From assembly GCA_903854455.1 (NCBI GenBank), contig CAINWJ010000159.1, positions 1-44,661 on the forward strand: a stretch of 44,661 nt of DNA, in the 5' to 3' direction. The stretch is from Candidatus Peribacteria bacterium (GTDB lineage: Bacteria; Patescibacteriota; Gracilibacteria; Peribacterales; Peribacteraceae). Of this stretch, positions 19,024-28,905 are shown piece after piece (positions within the stretch are counted from its first letter, which is position 1; every line of letters begins with the position of its first letter). The translations under genes were made by a program, and so were the position numbers. Below the pieces are notes generated by a model. It searched no databases. It saw only the letters and a program-made list of their open reading frames with translations, and was not told where the DNA came from.

Positions 19024-22000
19024 CTATCTGCTGCCACCAAGGGTACTGATCCTCGCATCGATCCTCCGGAGCAAACGGTCACGTATGTTTCCGAGAATCA
19101 TTCGTGCCCCAGGAAACTGAGTCAATGCAAGTCGTTGATCGATGCGCTTGAGCAAACGCATGCGCATGAATTGAAGGAGCTGGAGAGCGGAAGAGGAGGA
19201 ATCATGAGTATCGGAGGCAGCATGAAGCACAGATGATGACGAGGAAGAAGATGCCATCGTTTGTTGTGCCGCTACCTCCATGCGACGTGCCAGTGTCTGA
19301 GAACGAGCACCTCCTGACGTCACGACGGTTGCCTGGGATGAAGCAGCGGACACTGAAGAGGAGGAGGATGACGAAGAGGAAGATGATGATGACGAAGAAG
19401 AGTCTGACGATGCTTGAGTGAAGACGCTGATCCTGTTACCGGAAGCATCTGAAACGAAAAGGCGACTTGAAGCCCCATCGTAAGTAACACCGGTGGGGTT
19501 ACTCATGCCATTCTGCGTGCCACCCCCCGCCGTACTCCGGGTGAAGTTCGGCTGTCCGAGAACGCTCAGAGCATTTTGTCCGTCAGTGATAGTGGCGATG
19601 TTCTGAATCGTGATTCTGTTATTCAAATATTCTACGATGAAGAGACGGCTCCCTGTCGGATCGTACGAGAGCCCGTAGGGATAGGAGACGCCGTTCTGCG
19701 TCGTAGCCGTCGCACTGGTATAGAAAACCGGCTGACCGAGCACGTTGTCCGGAATGCGATCGACAAACGTGCCGTTTGCATTGAGTGCATAGACGAGGAC
19801 GCGGTGATTGCCGAACTCGGAAACGAAGAGCCTGTGTCCGATAGTATCCACGGCCAGGGCGTAAGGAGATGACAACCCGAACTTGTTTGGCGCATTGCTC
19901 GACGATACTTTATTGAAGACCATGACCGGTGCCGCGATACTGTCATCCAGTTGCCCGAGACCATCGATAGCATTCTGACCGTCGGTCACGGTACTCACAT
20001 TCTGAACGATCATGCGATTATTCCCCGCATCAGAAATGAATAGGCGGTTCGATATCGGATCAAAAAGAACGCCATAGGGAGTCCTGAGGGTGTTCTGGGT
20101 GGTCCCGTAAGCACTCGCAGTGAAATTCGATTGTCCGAGGACATTCACGGCATTCTGACCGTTGACAATCGCTGCGACACTGAATGCCAGAACACGGTTA
20201 TTCTGAGTATCACTGACGAAGAGGCGACTGCCTGTCGGATCGTACGTGACGCCGAAAGGCGTATTCATGCCGTTCTGAGTCGCAGCGGAAGTGCTGCGGG
20301 AAAAGTTCGGTTGACCAAGGACGTTCGCCGCGTTTTGCCCGTCAGAAATGGACGCCACTGCCTGCACGATGACACGATTGTTGAGGTAATCCGCAATGAA
20401 GAGACGACTGTTTGTTGCATCGTAGTCGAGGCAGTAGGGATAATTCATACCGTTCTGCGTCGTGACACCCGCACTCCTCGCATAGTTCGGTTGACCTAAA
20501 ACATTCGCAGCATTCTGCCCGTCCGTGATGGAAGCAACATTCTGAACTAGCACGCGGCTATTACCGTAGTCAGCGATGAAGAGGCGGTTGCCGGCAGCAT
20601 CAAAGACCAAGCCATATGGATTGGAAATCCCGTTCTGGGTTGTGGCGGATGCACTCGATACGTAGTTCGGCTGACCCAGAATGTTCGCCGCGTTCTGCCC
20701 ATCGGTGATCGTACTGATGCTCTGAACGAGGATGCGCTTGTTGGTGTAATCGGCGATGAAGAGACGGCTGCCCGCCGGATCGTAGGCGAGACCAGTGGGA
20801 TACCCCATCCCGTTCTGCGTTACCGCAGTCACGTTGGTATAGAACACCGATTGTCCGAGGACGTTATCAGGGATGCGATCGACGAACGTGCCGTCGGCAT
20901 TCAGAGCAAACACGAGGACACGGTAGTTGTAGTAATCGGCGACGAAAAACCGATGACCCGTTGAATCCAGAGCAACGGCGCGACTGCCGCTGAGACCAAG
21001 CCTGTTCGGCAGATTCTGGACCGTTCCTTTCGTGAAAACCGGCGACGGGGCGCTGATGTTGTCATCGTATTGACCCAGAGCATCGACGGCATTCTGACCA
21101 TTAGAGATCACACTCACATCGTGGACGGAAACGCGATGATTGCCGTACTCGGCGACGAAGAGGCGACTATTCGTTGCGTCGTAGGCGATGCCGTAGGGGT
21201 TTTTGAGCCCGTTCTGCGTCGTAGCGGATGCAACAGACGAGAAGTTCGGTTGCCCGAGGACGTTCGCAGCATTCTGCCCGTCCGTGATGGAAGCAACGTT
21301 CTGCACAGTAACGCGTTGATTGCTACCCTCGGAGATGAAGAGTCGACTGTTCGTCGGATCGTACGCAAGCCCGACAGGACGATTCATGCCATTCTGCGTT
21401 GCTGCCGAGGCACCCGTCGAAAACACTGATTGCCCGAGGACGTTGTCAGGGATGCGATCGACGAAGGTGCCGTCTGCATTCAGGGCATACACGAGGACGC
21501 GGCTGTTCATGTAGTCCGCGACGAAGAGACGATGGCCCGCAGTATCGATGGCAGTGGAATAGGGCGAATACAGACCGAACTTGTTCGGATTGTTGTGCGC
21601 CGCGCCCTTGATGTAGACAGGCTGGGGCGCAATCACACTGTCGTCATACTGACCAAGTACATCCGCCGCATTCTGACCGTCGGTGATGGAAGCGACACTC
21701 TGGACAGAAACCCTGTTGTTATCTTTCTCTGAAATGAAGAGGCGGCTTGTTGCAGGTGAGTATGCAAGACCATACGGACCCTTCATACCATTCTGTGTCG
21801 TAGCGAAAGTAGCTGACGCATAGTTCGGTTGTCCCAGAACATTCGTCGCGTTCTGTCCGTCAGTGATGGAGGCGACAGTAAAAACCGTGACACGATGATT
21901 GCTGTTTTCAGCAACGAAGAGACGGCTTGTTGCCGAGTCGTAGGCGAGAAACATGGGAGTAGCCATGCCGTTCTGCGTAGTGACGTTGGTGATCTTTGTA

Positions 22001-22884
22001 TAGTTCGGTTGCCCGAGAACATTGGCGGCGTTCTGTCCGTCGGTGATCGTACTAACGCTATAGACGATGACGCGGTTATTGGTTGAGTCGGCGACGAAGA
22101 GGCGGCTGTTCGTTGAATCGTAGGCGAGACTGAAGGGATTCCTGAGCCCGTTCTGCGTCCCGGCAGATGTGCCGATCGAATAGTTCGGTTGACCCAGGAC
22201 ATTGGCGGCATTCTGTCCGTCGGTAATCGAACTGACGTTCTGAACGATGATGCGGTTATTGGTGTATTCAGAAATGAAGAGACGACTATTCGTTTCGTCG
22301 TAGACGATGCCAAAAGGAGTCTTGAGTCCGTTCTGTGTCGTGACGGCAGCATTGGAGGAATAGTTCGGCTGACCGAGGACATTCGTCGCGTTCTGTCCGT
22401 CGGTAATCGTACTGACGTTATAGACGATGACACGAATGTTGCCGTAGTCGACGACGAAGAGACGGCTGCCCGTCGAATCGTATGCGAGACTCATCGGAGA
22501 ACTCATCCCGTTCTGCGTTAATGCGGCTGTCGAGACGGAATAGGAACCTTGTCCAAGAACGTTATCCGGTATGCGATCAACGAACGTGTCGTCCGCGTTC
22601 AGCGCATAGACAAGGACACGGTTATTGGAATAATCAGCCAAGAACAGACGGTGTGCCACGGTATCGAGTGCCATCCCCTCTGGAGAATTCAGACCGAATC
22701 TATTGGGTCCGTTGCCCGCTCCGTTCTTGGAGAATACCGGTGACGGTACTGAGACATTGTCATTGTACTGACCGAGGACATCGACAGCGTTCTGACCATC
22801 CGTGAACGCCGCATGAACTTCGCCATGTACAAAAAATACTGCTCCAATGAACAGAATATTGAGGATGTATTGTTGCCAACGCAT
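19024..22884 (-). CDS. Secreted NHL-repeat beta-propeller surface protein with Ser-rich linker
   Basis: Signal peptide ending VHA-A; 18 repeats of P.G.AYD....RLF.AD..N.RV, each followed by ITDGQNAANVLGQPNY-type spacers; poly-Ser linker; basic helical C-terminus. Confidence 0.9.
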   Translation of the reverse strand: MRWQQYILNILFIGAVFFVHGEVHAAFTDGQNAVDVLGQYNDNVSVPSPVFSKNGAGNGPNRFGLNSPEGMALDTVAHRLFLADYSNNRVLVYALNADDTFVDRIPDNVLGQGSYSVSTAALTQNGMSSPMSLAYDSTGSRLFVVDYGNIRVIVYNVSTITDGQNATNVLGQPNYSSNAAVTTQNGLKTPFGIVYDETNSRLFISEYTNNRIIVQNVSSITDGQNAANVLGQPNYSIGTSAGTQNGLRNPFSLAYDSTNSRLFVADSTNNRVIVYSVSTITDGQNAANVLGQPNYTKITNVTTQNGMATPMFLAYDSATSRLFVAENSNHRVTVFTVASITDGQNATNVLGQPNYASATFATTQNGMKGPYGLAYSPATSRLFISEKDNNRVSVQSVASITDGQNAADVLGQYDDSVIAPQPVYIKGAAHNNPNKFGLYSPYSTAIDTAGHRLFVADYMNSRVLVYALNADGTFVDRIPDNVLGQSVFSTGASAATQNGMNRPVGLAYDPTNSRLFISEGSNQRVTVQNVASITDGQNAANVLGQPNFSSVASATTQNGLKNPYGIAYDATNSRLFVAEYGNHRVSVHDVSVISNGQNAVDALGQYDDNISAPSPVFTKGTVQNLPNRLGLSGSRAVALDSTGHRFFVADYYNYRVLVFALNADGTFVDRIPDNVLGQSVFYTNVTAVTQNGMGYPTGLAYDPAGSRLFIADYTNKRILVQSISTITDGQNAANILGQPNYVSSASATTQNGISNPYGLVFDAAGNRLFIADYGNSRVLVQNVASITDGQNAANVLGQPNYARSAGVTTQNGMNYPYCLDYDATNSRLFIADYLNNRVIVQAVASISDGQNAANVLGQPNFSRSTSAATQNGMNTPFGVTYDPTGSRLFVSDTQNNRVLAFSVAAIVNGQNAVNVLGQSNFTASAYGTTQNTLRTPYGVLFDPISNRLFISDAGNNRMIVQNVSTVTDGQNAIDGLGQLDDSIAAPVMVFNKVSSSNAPNKFGLSSPYALAVDTIGHRLFVSEFGNHRVLVYALNANGTFVDRIPDNVLGQPVFYTSATATTQNGVSYPYGLSYDPTGSRLFIVEYLNNRITIQNIATITDGQNALSVLGQPNFTRSTAGGGTQNGMSNPTGVTYDGASSRLFVSDASGNRISVFTQASSDSSSSSSSSSSSSSSSSVSAASSQATVVTSGGARSQTLARRMEVAAQQTMASSSSSSSVLHAASDTHDSSSSALQLLQFMRMRLLKRIDQRLALTQFPGARMILGNIRDRLLRRIDARISTLGGSR

Positions 22885-23013
22885 TGAAAGTGGTGGAAGC
22901 GTTGGAAATCATAGTATCTACTCTTCATCTAATTACATAGACGATCTGACTGAGCGGTTACTGACAAACTTCTTCAATAATGGACAGACAACAATTTCGC
23001 TACAATCCTGCTT

Positions 23014-23679
23014 ATGTTCAACATCCTCCTCGACTTCCTCTTCCCACGTCGCTCGATCGGCGGACGGGAAGGTGCCTGGATCACGGAAGATGAGCGCAAG
23101 CAAATCAAGTTAACGCCACTGTTGCTGGATAAAGAAGCATTGAAAAAGAAGGGTCTCAAATTCGTCGATGCAATCATTGCAGCCGGGAGTTACGACGACT
23201 CCCCTCTCCTCAAGAAAGCCATCCTGACCTTCAAGTACGGACGGGTACAGACACTCGGCCCGGAGCTGGGAAACTGGATGACCGGAGCGATCCATGGTCT
23301 CCTGATTCCACCTGCCAGACTTAGGGATACCACGCCGGTTCTCTGTCCGGTTCCGCTCCACTGGACGCGGAAATTCCAACGGGGATTCAACCAGGCTCTG
23401 GTGCTTGCCGAACAAATTTCCAATCGGACGAGCTGGCCGGTGCGTGAGATCGTCCGGAGGATCAGGCCGACCGGACACCAGGCATGGAGATCGCGATCTG
23501 AGCGATTGACCGCCTTGACCGATGCATTTGCATCAACCGAGCGCCGGGGGCATGCACCGCAGTACGTCATCCTGATCGATGACATCTGCACGACGGGAAC
23601 GACGCTGGACGAGTGTGCGAAAGCGCTGAAGGATGCGGGAACGGACGCTGTTGTTGCGGTAGTTGCAGCTTATGGTTGA
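23014..23679 (+). CDS. comF: ComF-family competence protein (phosphoribosyltransferase fold)
   Basis: LDFLFP, FKY, PVPLH...RGFNQ and LIDDICTTGTTL motifs; N-terminal Zn-finger cysteines are absent. Confidence 0.9.
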   Translation: MFNILLDFLFPRRSIGGREGAWITEDERKQIKLTPLLLDKEALKKKGLKFVDAIIAAGSYDDSPLLKKAILTFKYGRVQTLGPELGNWMTGAIHGLLIPPARLRDTTPVLCPVPLHWTRKFQRGFNQALVLAEQISNRTSWPVREIVRRIRPTGHQAWRSRSERLTALTDAFASTERRGHAPQYVILIDDICTTGTTLDECAKALKDAGTDAVVAVVAAYG

Positions 23680-23685
23680 ACGGGG

Positions 23686-23789
23686 GGTAAGGTAGGTAAA
23701 GAAAGTAAGGTATGTAAGGTTGGTTTTTGGCTTTTATATGAGCTTTTCACCTACATTACGTACCTTACCTACAATACTTACATTACCTA
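23686..23789. repeat. Inverted tandem-repeat element, 9-mer, copy 4
   Basis: Left arm 23686-23724, right arm 23748-23789, just after the comF stop. Confidence 0.85.
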
Positions 23790-23867
23790 GCTCCTATAAC
23801 ATTTCCTTTTCCCGTCAATCTCCCCGCCTCGCAAGAAATCGAATTTTCAGGTAAAATAAGCAGATTT

Positions 23868-24341
23868 ATGCCAACAAACACAAACCCCATCCTGGAGTGG
23901 CAGGCTGCGATGAAAGTCGACTACGAGCGTTCGACGACCTGGTACATCCGTGCCGGGATCCTCTGCCTCCTCATGATCGTCTACGGGATCCTGACTTCTG
24001 CCTGGAGTTTGGCGATCGTCTTCGCACTGTGTCCGGGGCTCTACTTCCTGGTGCGCAATCAGCCACACCCGCTCCATACGATCAGGATCTACGAGAACGG
24101 CATTGAGTGGGACGGACAGCTCCAGTCCTGGAATGAATTCAACGAGTTTTGGATCCTGCAAGGCAAGGGTTATTACGAGCTGCATGTCGGCAATCCCAAG
24201 AAATTCAAGCGCGATCTCGTGGTACTCACTGGCAACGCCGATCCGCACCAGATCCGTGATGTCATGAGTGCATACCTGCCGCAGACGACAAAGCACCGTG
24301 AACGACCGATTGATGCACTAACGCGATTTCTGAAACTCTGA
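23868..24341 (+). CDS. Conserved CPR-type membrane protein (2 TM plus PH-like region)
   Basis: ILEW.A..YERS..WY, two TM helices, GIEWDG...WNEF..FWI, C-terminal PIDALTRFLKL. Confidence 0.75.
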   Translation: MPTNTNPILEWQAAMKVDYERSTTWYIRAGILCLLMIVYGILTSAWSLAIVFALCPGLYFLVRNQPHPLHTIRIYENGIEWDGQLQSWNEFNEFWILQGKGYYELHVGNPKKFKRDLVVLTGNADPHQIRDVMSAYLPQTTKHRERPIDALTRFLKL

Positions 24342-24349
24342 CAAGAAAC

Positions 24350-27300
24350 ATGATCAAGACAAACATTCATTGTCGGCTCACAGTCACCGAGCACTCGCTC
24401 CGGGAGCACAGAATGCTACGGGACGTGCCGGACCGCCGGCTGAGTGCCGATGGATATTTGCCACCGAATGATGACATGCCATCCGCTGACCAGCAGGATC
24501 AGGAAACAAGCGAACACCGATTCGAGCGATGGAAACTCGGCGGAGCAGAAGCAACGGGCACAGGTATCAGTGACATCATGAAGAGAACTCACGAGAACGT
24601 TGTCGTGATTGACCCACAGCTGGAGCTGGGAGCACTGCGCGAAAGCGATATATTGTGGGATCTGGTCTCGGTAGACGGAATCATGGACAGAGAGATGGGA
24701 GAACTACTCAAGAGTAAAGCTTCATCGGTCAACCTCACCATGAATGAGAAAGAAACCAATCTGCAGGAATTGATGTCAGCGAAACCCAAGAACGTGGGAA
24801 GCATCCTCTGGGTGATCAGAAACAATATCGAATCGGCAGAGGAGCTCAGTCAAATGCTCGAGAAACGGCTGAAGGTGCTAGGAATGCATGATCCGGCAAT
24901 GCTCCAGAAAAAATTGGAGGAACTGCGGGATACGAGTACATCCGAAGAGAAATTCGGTGTGCTTACGGAAGCAGGGATAACGAAACAAGATGTGCAACGC
25001 ATCGCAGAAAAGATTTCTGGACAGAAAGACGCTGCCAAAGAGTTAACAGATCGCACCCTGGATGCCGTGATCAATTTTCTCTGGAATACGGTTATCATCA
25101 GAAAGCGTCAAAGTCTCTTCGCAGAGCGAACGGGGAAAGAAAATCCATATACCTCGGATGCTCGCGCTGACTACATCCGGACGCTGAAGCAGCAAGAAGA
25201 GTGTGTAGAGAAATACCTGAAGGCGATGCTGCAGTCGAAGATCAAGCTCATCGGCGACCGGTTGAAGCTCTACTACACGCAAATCGGGAGGAAGGGTGCC
25301 GGGATGGATGTGAAAGATTTTGATCGTGCGTACGGACTGGAAGACCGGATGCGCGATATCGAAGGTCTGCAGGCGAAGATCGAAGCAGCAGCCGGACTGC
25401 AGCGCGGTAGAGCAGGCGGCAAGAAACCTATCGATTTCGAAAGCCTCATGACATCACTCGGAACACTGGAAACGCTGGAACGGGAAGTGGGATCGTTGCC
25501 AAGTGCGGGGAAAACAGAACTCGGCTCAGATGCAGAAGATGTGAACTTCAAGAACAATGTCGAGCAAAGTGTGGAGGAAGGAAACCGGAACGAAGACATG
25601 GCGGTCGAGATAGCCAAGTCACTCAAGCATGTCCGTGAGACGAATACCGATCCCGCTGCAACAGCGGAATTGGACAGAATGTGGGAGCGGTACCAGCCAT
25701 ACGCCGCAGGTCTGGATAGCATTGAAAGACAATTTACGTCTCAGGCTGACTGCACTGTGCATCGCATGTCGATGCGGCAGATGCCGTACCATCACATTCA
25801 ACGGGATCTCATCACGGTCTCTACCCTCACACTCGAACCAACGTACTTCTCCGACGGTTTGGCCAAACAGGAAGCAGCACGAAAGAATCATCCGAATACG
25901 AAGCAAGGACGTGAAGAGCTTAGGCAACTCCTCGGCACTTCGATTACGGGAATCCAGAAGCAGACACAGGGAGACATCGCCCGTGTCCTCTCCATCGGTC
26001 CCAATCTGGCCAAGCAAAACGAAGTACTGGAGGCTCAACTCCGCGACGCAGAGAAGCATCCGGATATCACTAAACGCGAACAGATGTTCCTCGCAGCCGC
26101 GACGGAAATCCGGGAGCTAGCGGCAGCAAATCGACTCCTGGGTGAGACTTGGGTGGTGGAAATAGATAAACCAACTGTGTTTGAAAAAATCACGCAATTG
26201 CAGCCGGGAATTGCGATGAATACATACGGATACTATGTGCTCGGCACCGGCAAGATCTATCTCAACATGAGCAGCGTCCGCCGGGATAAAGTGAACAAAC
26301 AACGAGTCATCGAGCATGAGCGCAATCACGCATTCATCGATGTGATGTGCAGACGAACCAAAGCGCTGCCGGGTCTGCTGGTGCATACGCGCATGGCTCT
26401 GGACAACGCCGCCAGTGAACAGGGAACGACCGCAGAAGAATTGCTGAAGACATTCGCGAAAGAATGCAAAATCGACATGACACATCCCGGCTGGAGAGAA
26501 CTCACGATGGATGAAGCAGCCGTCGTCTGTGCGGATTATCTGGGAGGCAAGAAGAAAACACTGACCGATGCGCAGAAGAATGTCCTCAGGACACTGGGTT
26601 TGGAGAAGAGTGCTGACGACGGAATTCCAGACCACGACTCTCTGCGACAAACAACACCGAAAGAGCAGAGGGCCAAGTCTGGTAAACAGAAAATCGGACA
26701 ACGCATGGCAGCAGATGATATTCAAGAAGGATACGAACCAGAGAGCGGTGCAGTTGAGACGAAATCAACAGAAGCGGAAGGTGAATACCCGTTCCTCAAA
26801 AATCTGGATGAGGTGAAATGGAAACTCGACCGCATCGATGACTTCATGAAAGTGTATCCGCAGAATCTCCAAGCCGATGCCGGAGAAGGGCAAAACTATG
26901 AGCAGTACATCAATGAAATCAAGAAAAGGCTCAAAGTCACGGAAAACCTCTTCACACAAAAAAACGTGGCAGATGATCGTCAAGAAAAAATACTCCAGCA
27001 GATGATTGAAGACCTTGATTTCGACACGGGAGATATCATGAAAGCCATCAAAGAATTTGATTCGAAGAGAATGGATATGACGCACGTTGCACCCAGTACA
27101 AAAAGAACACTATTCCAGAAAGCATCCGAGCGCATCGTCTGGTGCTCACTCTCCGACATCTGGGGAATGATCAAGGATGCTGGTGAAGACATCAACCGCA
27201 TGTGGAAGCGCCGTAGCGAGGATGCACGTGCCAAACTGGGACGAGCCGTCACCGCCACGTTCATCCCGGAGAAAATTCCGTACTTCGGACGTCTGCAGTA

Positions 27301-28894
27301 TGACTTCCGCGGACGCGAGAAGCACTCGGAAGAGGAGGAAGTAGGCGTATGGGAGAAGCGCTTCGGGCATATCGATAATCACGCCCTTCAGCACATGCTT
27401 GTGGGACAGACCGACAAAGACAAGGTGAAAGCCATCATCAACCTCCTCACCAAGCGCGGACGCATGGACTTTGAGGACGATCAGCTCTGGTACACACTTG
27501 AGCGATTGTCGAAATATGGCATGCCGCATGACGCTTGCCATCGGGACAACATTCTCCGTAACGCCTACCTGCAGAAACTCATCGCCCAAATCTGGGATGA
27601 CAAAGACCAATTCGAGCACTGGAAGACAGCGAACGACAGCGCTATCAAAAAAGGTAAAGACTCGTTTGCAGCTACAGTAGATGATCTATCGAGCCTTCCG
27701 AAGGGTCAGGCAAGCGCGCTAGCACGCCTGCTGGAAGCATGGGATAAACAAAAGGATCATGGAGCGAAAGTATCTCCGGAAGAAGAGGTAAATCCGCATC
27801 TCTTCGAAGAGCACATTCACTACGCGATGAGAAACGGAAAAATGGGAATGGAAGACAAATTCTTCTACCTCATACAAGGCGTTGCACGCGGTTTACTTAA
27901 CGTCGATCGCCTGCGCTCATTCAATGGACAGGAGGGAAAAATTTTGAATGCCTTTCCGTTTATCGACTTCTTCGATAAGAAAAATAATACCCTAGATGAG
28001 ATCAGAACTATCGCCGAGAGTATTACGAACAAGAAGGCACCATACACACCGGACTACAGAACAACGTACCTTCTGTACGAAGAGGTAAGGAGAAACAAAG
28101 CCGTCCGTGATCGTGCGGCAAAAGGCATCAAGAACTCACAAAACGTCGATCATGAAGACCTGCCAATGCTTATCAGTTTGCTGGATTACGGTAACATCAA
28201 CCAAGCAACAGGCATTGCCGGAGGACAGCTGTGGAGAGTCTCCGCTCCTGCAATGAAGAATATCTATGTGGGATACAATTCGCTATTCCAGTATTATGCT
28301 ATACGCGCCAGAATGATCCTAGAAGGCGTTTCGGGTGTAAAACCATTGACGATGGAGGATATCACAGCGATCACAACTGCTCTGGTTGCGTTCATTCACT
28401 ATGACAACCTAATAACAAGAGCAGCAGATACGGGATCTCGTCCATATTTGACATGGAATGAAATCAATAACGATCCACCTGTTTCGGGTACCCTGCTCAC
28501 AAAGAACTACCGCGACAAAGCGACAGGATTCGCAAAAGAAATTGTAAAAGACAAATTGGGAATCGCTGAGATAACTACAAAAGAAGGAAATGTTACCATA
28601 GATGATGCAATCGGTGTCGGTCGGGACGCAGCTACAGTGGATGAATTAGGTGCTACTAAGAAAAAAGTTCTGATGAGTCAGGCTTGCCAGGAAGATTTGA
28701 CGAAGAACATCAAGAAAAATCTGACAAAGGCTTTCAAAGAAAACCCACAACAAATCCTGAAATGGCTTGCAAAATTTACAGAAGACCCAAGTAAAACACT
28801 CCATCCCGAAGAAGAGGAATTTACATACAGTAACATTAAATCAATCGTACCAACGTGGAGACAAGCGGTTCCACAAACACACGCAATCCACTAG
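24350..28894 (+). CDS. Large helical protein with a putative zincin metallopeptidase motif
   Basis: 1514-aa ORF; YGYY....KIYLN ... VIEHERNH (His656, nt 26315) ... MDEAA; the rest is charged and coiled-coil-like. Confidence 0.75.
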   Translation: MIKTNIHCRLTVTEHSLREHRMLRDVPDRRLSADGYLPPNDDMPSADQQDQETSEHRFERWKLGGAEATGTGISDIMKRTHENVVVIDPQLELGALRESDILWDLVSVDGIMDREMGELLKSKASSVNLTMNEKETNLQELMSAKPKNVGSILWVIRNNIESAEELSQMLEKRLKVLGMHDPAMLQKKLEELRDTSTSEEKFGVLTEAGITKQDVQRIAEKISGQKDAAKELTDRTLDAVINFLWNTVIIRKRQSLFAERTGKENPYTSDARADYIRTLKQQEECVEKYLKAMLQSKIKLIGDRLKLYYTQIGRKGAGMDVKDFDRAYGLEDRMRDIEGLQAKIEAAAGLQRGRAGGKKPIDFESLMTSLGTLETLEREVGSLPSAGKTELGSDAEDVNFKNNVEQSVEEGNRNEDMAVEIAKSLKHVRETNTDPAATAELDRMWERYQPYAAGLDSIERQFTSQADCTVHRMSMRQMPYHHIQRDLITVSTLTLEPTYFSDGLAKQEAARKNHPNTKQGREELRQLLGTSITGIQKQTQGDIARVLSIGPNLAKQNEVLEAQLRDAEKHPDITKREQMFLAAATEIRELAAANRLLGETWVVEIDKPTVFEKITQLQPGIAMNTYGYYVLGTGKIYLNMSSVRRDKVNKQRVIEHERNHAFIDVMCRRTKALPGLLVHTRMALDNAASEQGTTAEELLKTFAKECKIDMTHPGWRELTMDEAAVVCADYLGGKKKTLTDAQKNVLRTLGLEKSADDGIPDHDSLRQTTPKEQRAKSGKQKIGQRMAADDIQEGYEPESGAVETKSTEAEGEYPFLKNLDEVKWKLDRIDDFMKVYPQNLQADAGEGQNYEQYINEIKKRLKVTENLFTQKNVADDRQEKILQQMIEDLDFDTGDIMKAIKEFDSKRMDMTHVAPSTKRTLFQKASERIVWCSLSDIWGMIKDAGEDINRMWKRRSEDARAKLGRAVTATFIPEKIPYFGRLQYDFRGREKHSEEEEVGVWEKRFGHIDNHALQHMLVGQTDKDKVKAIINLLTKRGRMDFEDDQLWYTLERLSKYGMPHDACHRDNILRNAYLQKLIAQIWDDKDQFEHWKTANDSAIKKGKDSFAATVDDLSSLPKGQASALARLLEAWDKQKDHGAKVSPEEEVNPHLFEEHIHYAMRNGKMGMEDKFFYLIQGVARGLLNVDRLRSFNGQEGKILNAFPFIDFFDKKNNTLDEIRTIAESITNKKAPYTPDYRTTYLLYEEVRRNKAVRDRAAKGIKNSQNVDHEDLPMLISLLDYGNINQATGIAGGQLWRVSAPAMKNIYVGYNSLFQYYAIRARMILEGVSGVKPLTMEDITAITTALVAFIHYDNLITRAADTGSRPYLTWNEINNDPPVSGTLLTKNYRDKATGFAKEIVKDKLGIAEITTKEGNVTIDDAIGVGRDAATVDELGATKKKVLMSQACQEDLTKNIKKNLTKAFKENPQQILKWLAKFTEDPSKTLHPEEEEFTYSNIKSIVPTWRQAVPQTHAIH

Positions 28895-28905
28895 AATGAC
28901 TGAGC

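Noticed and set aside
18934..22990. NHL gene as a tRNA-anchored genomic island
   Set aside because: No integrase, and the partial tRNA duplication lies before the gene rather than beyond it.
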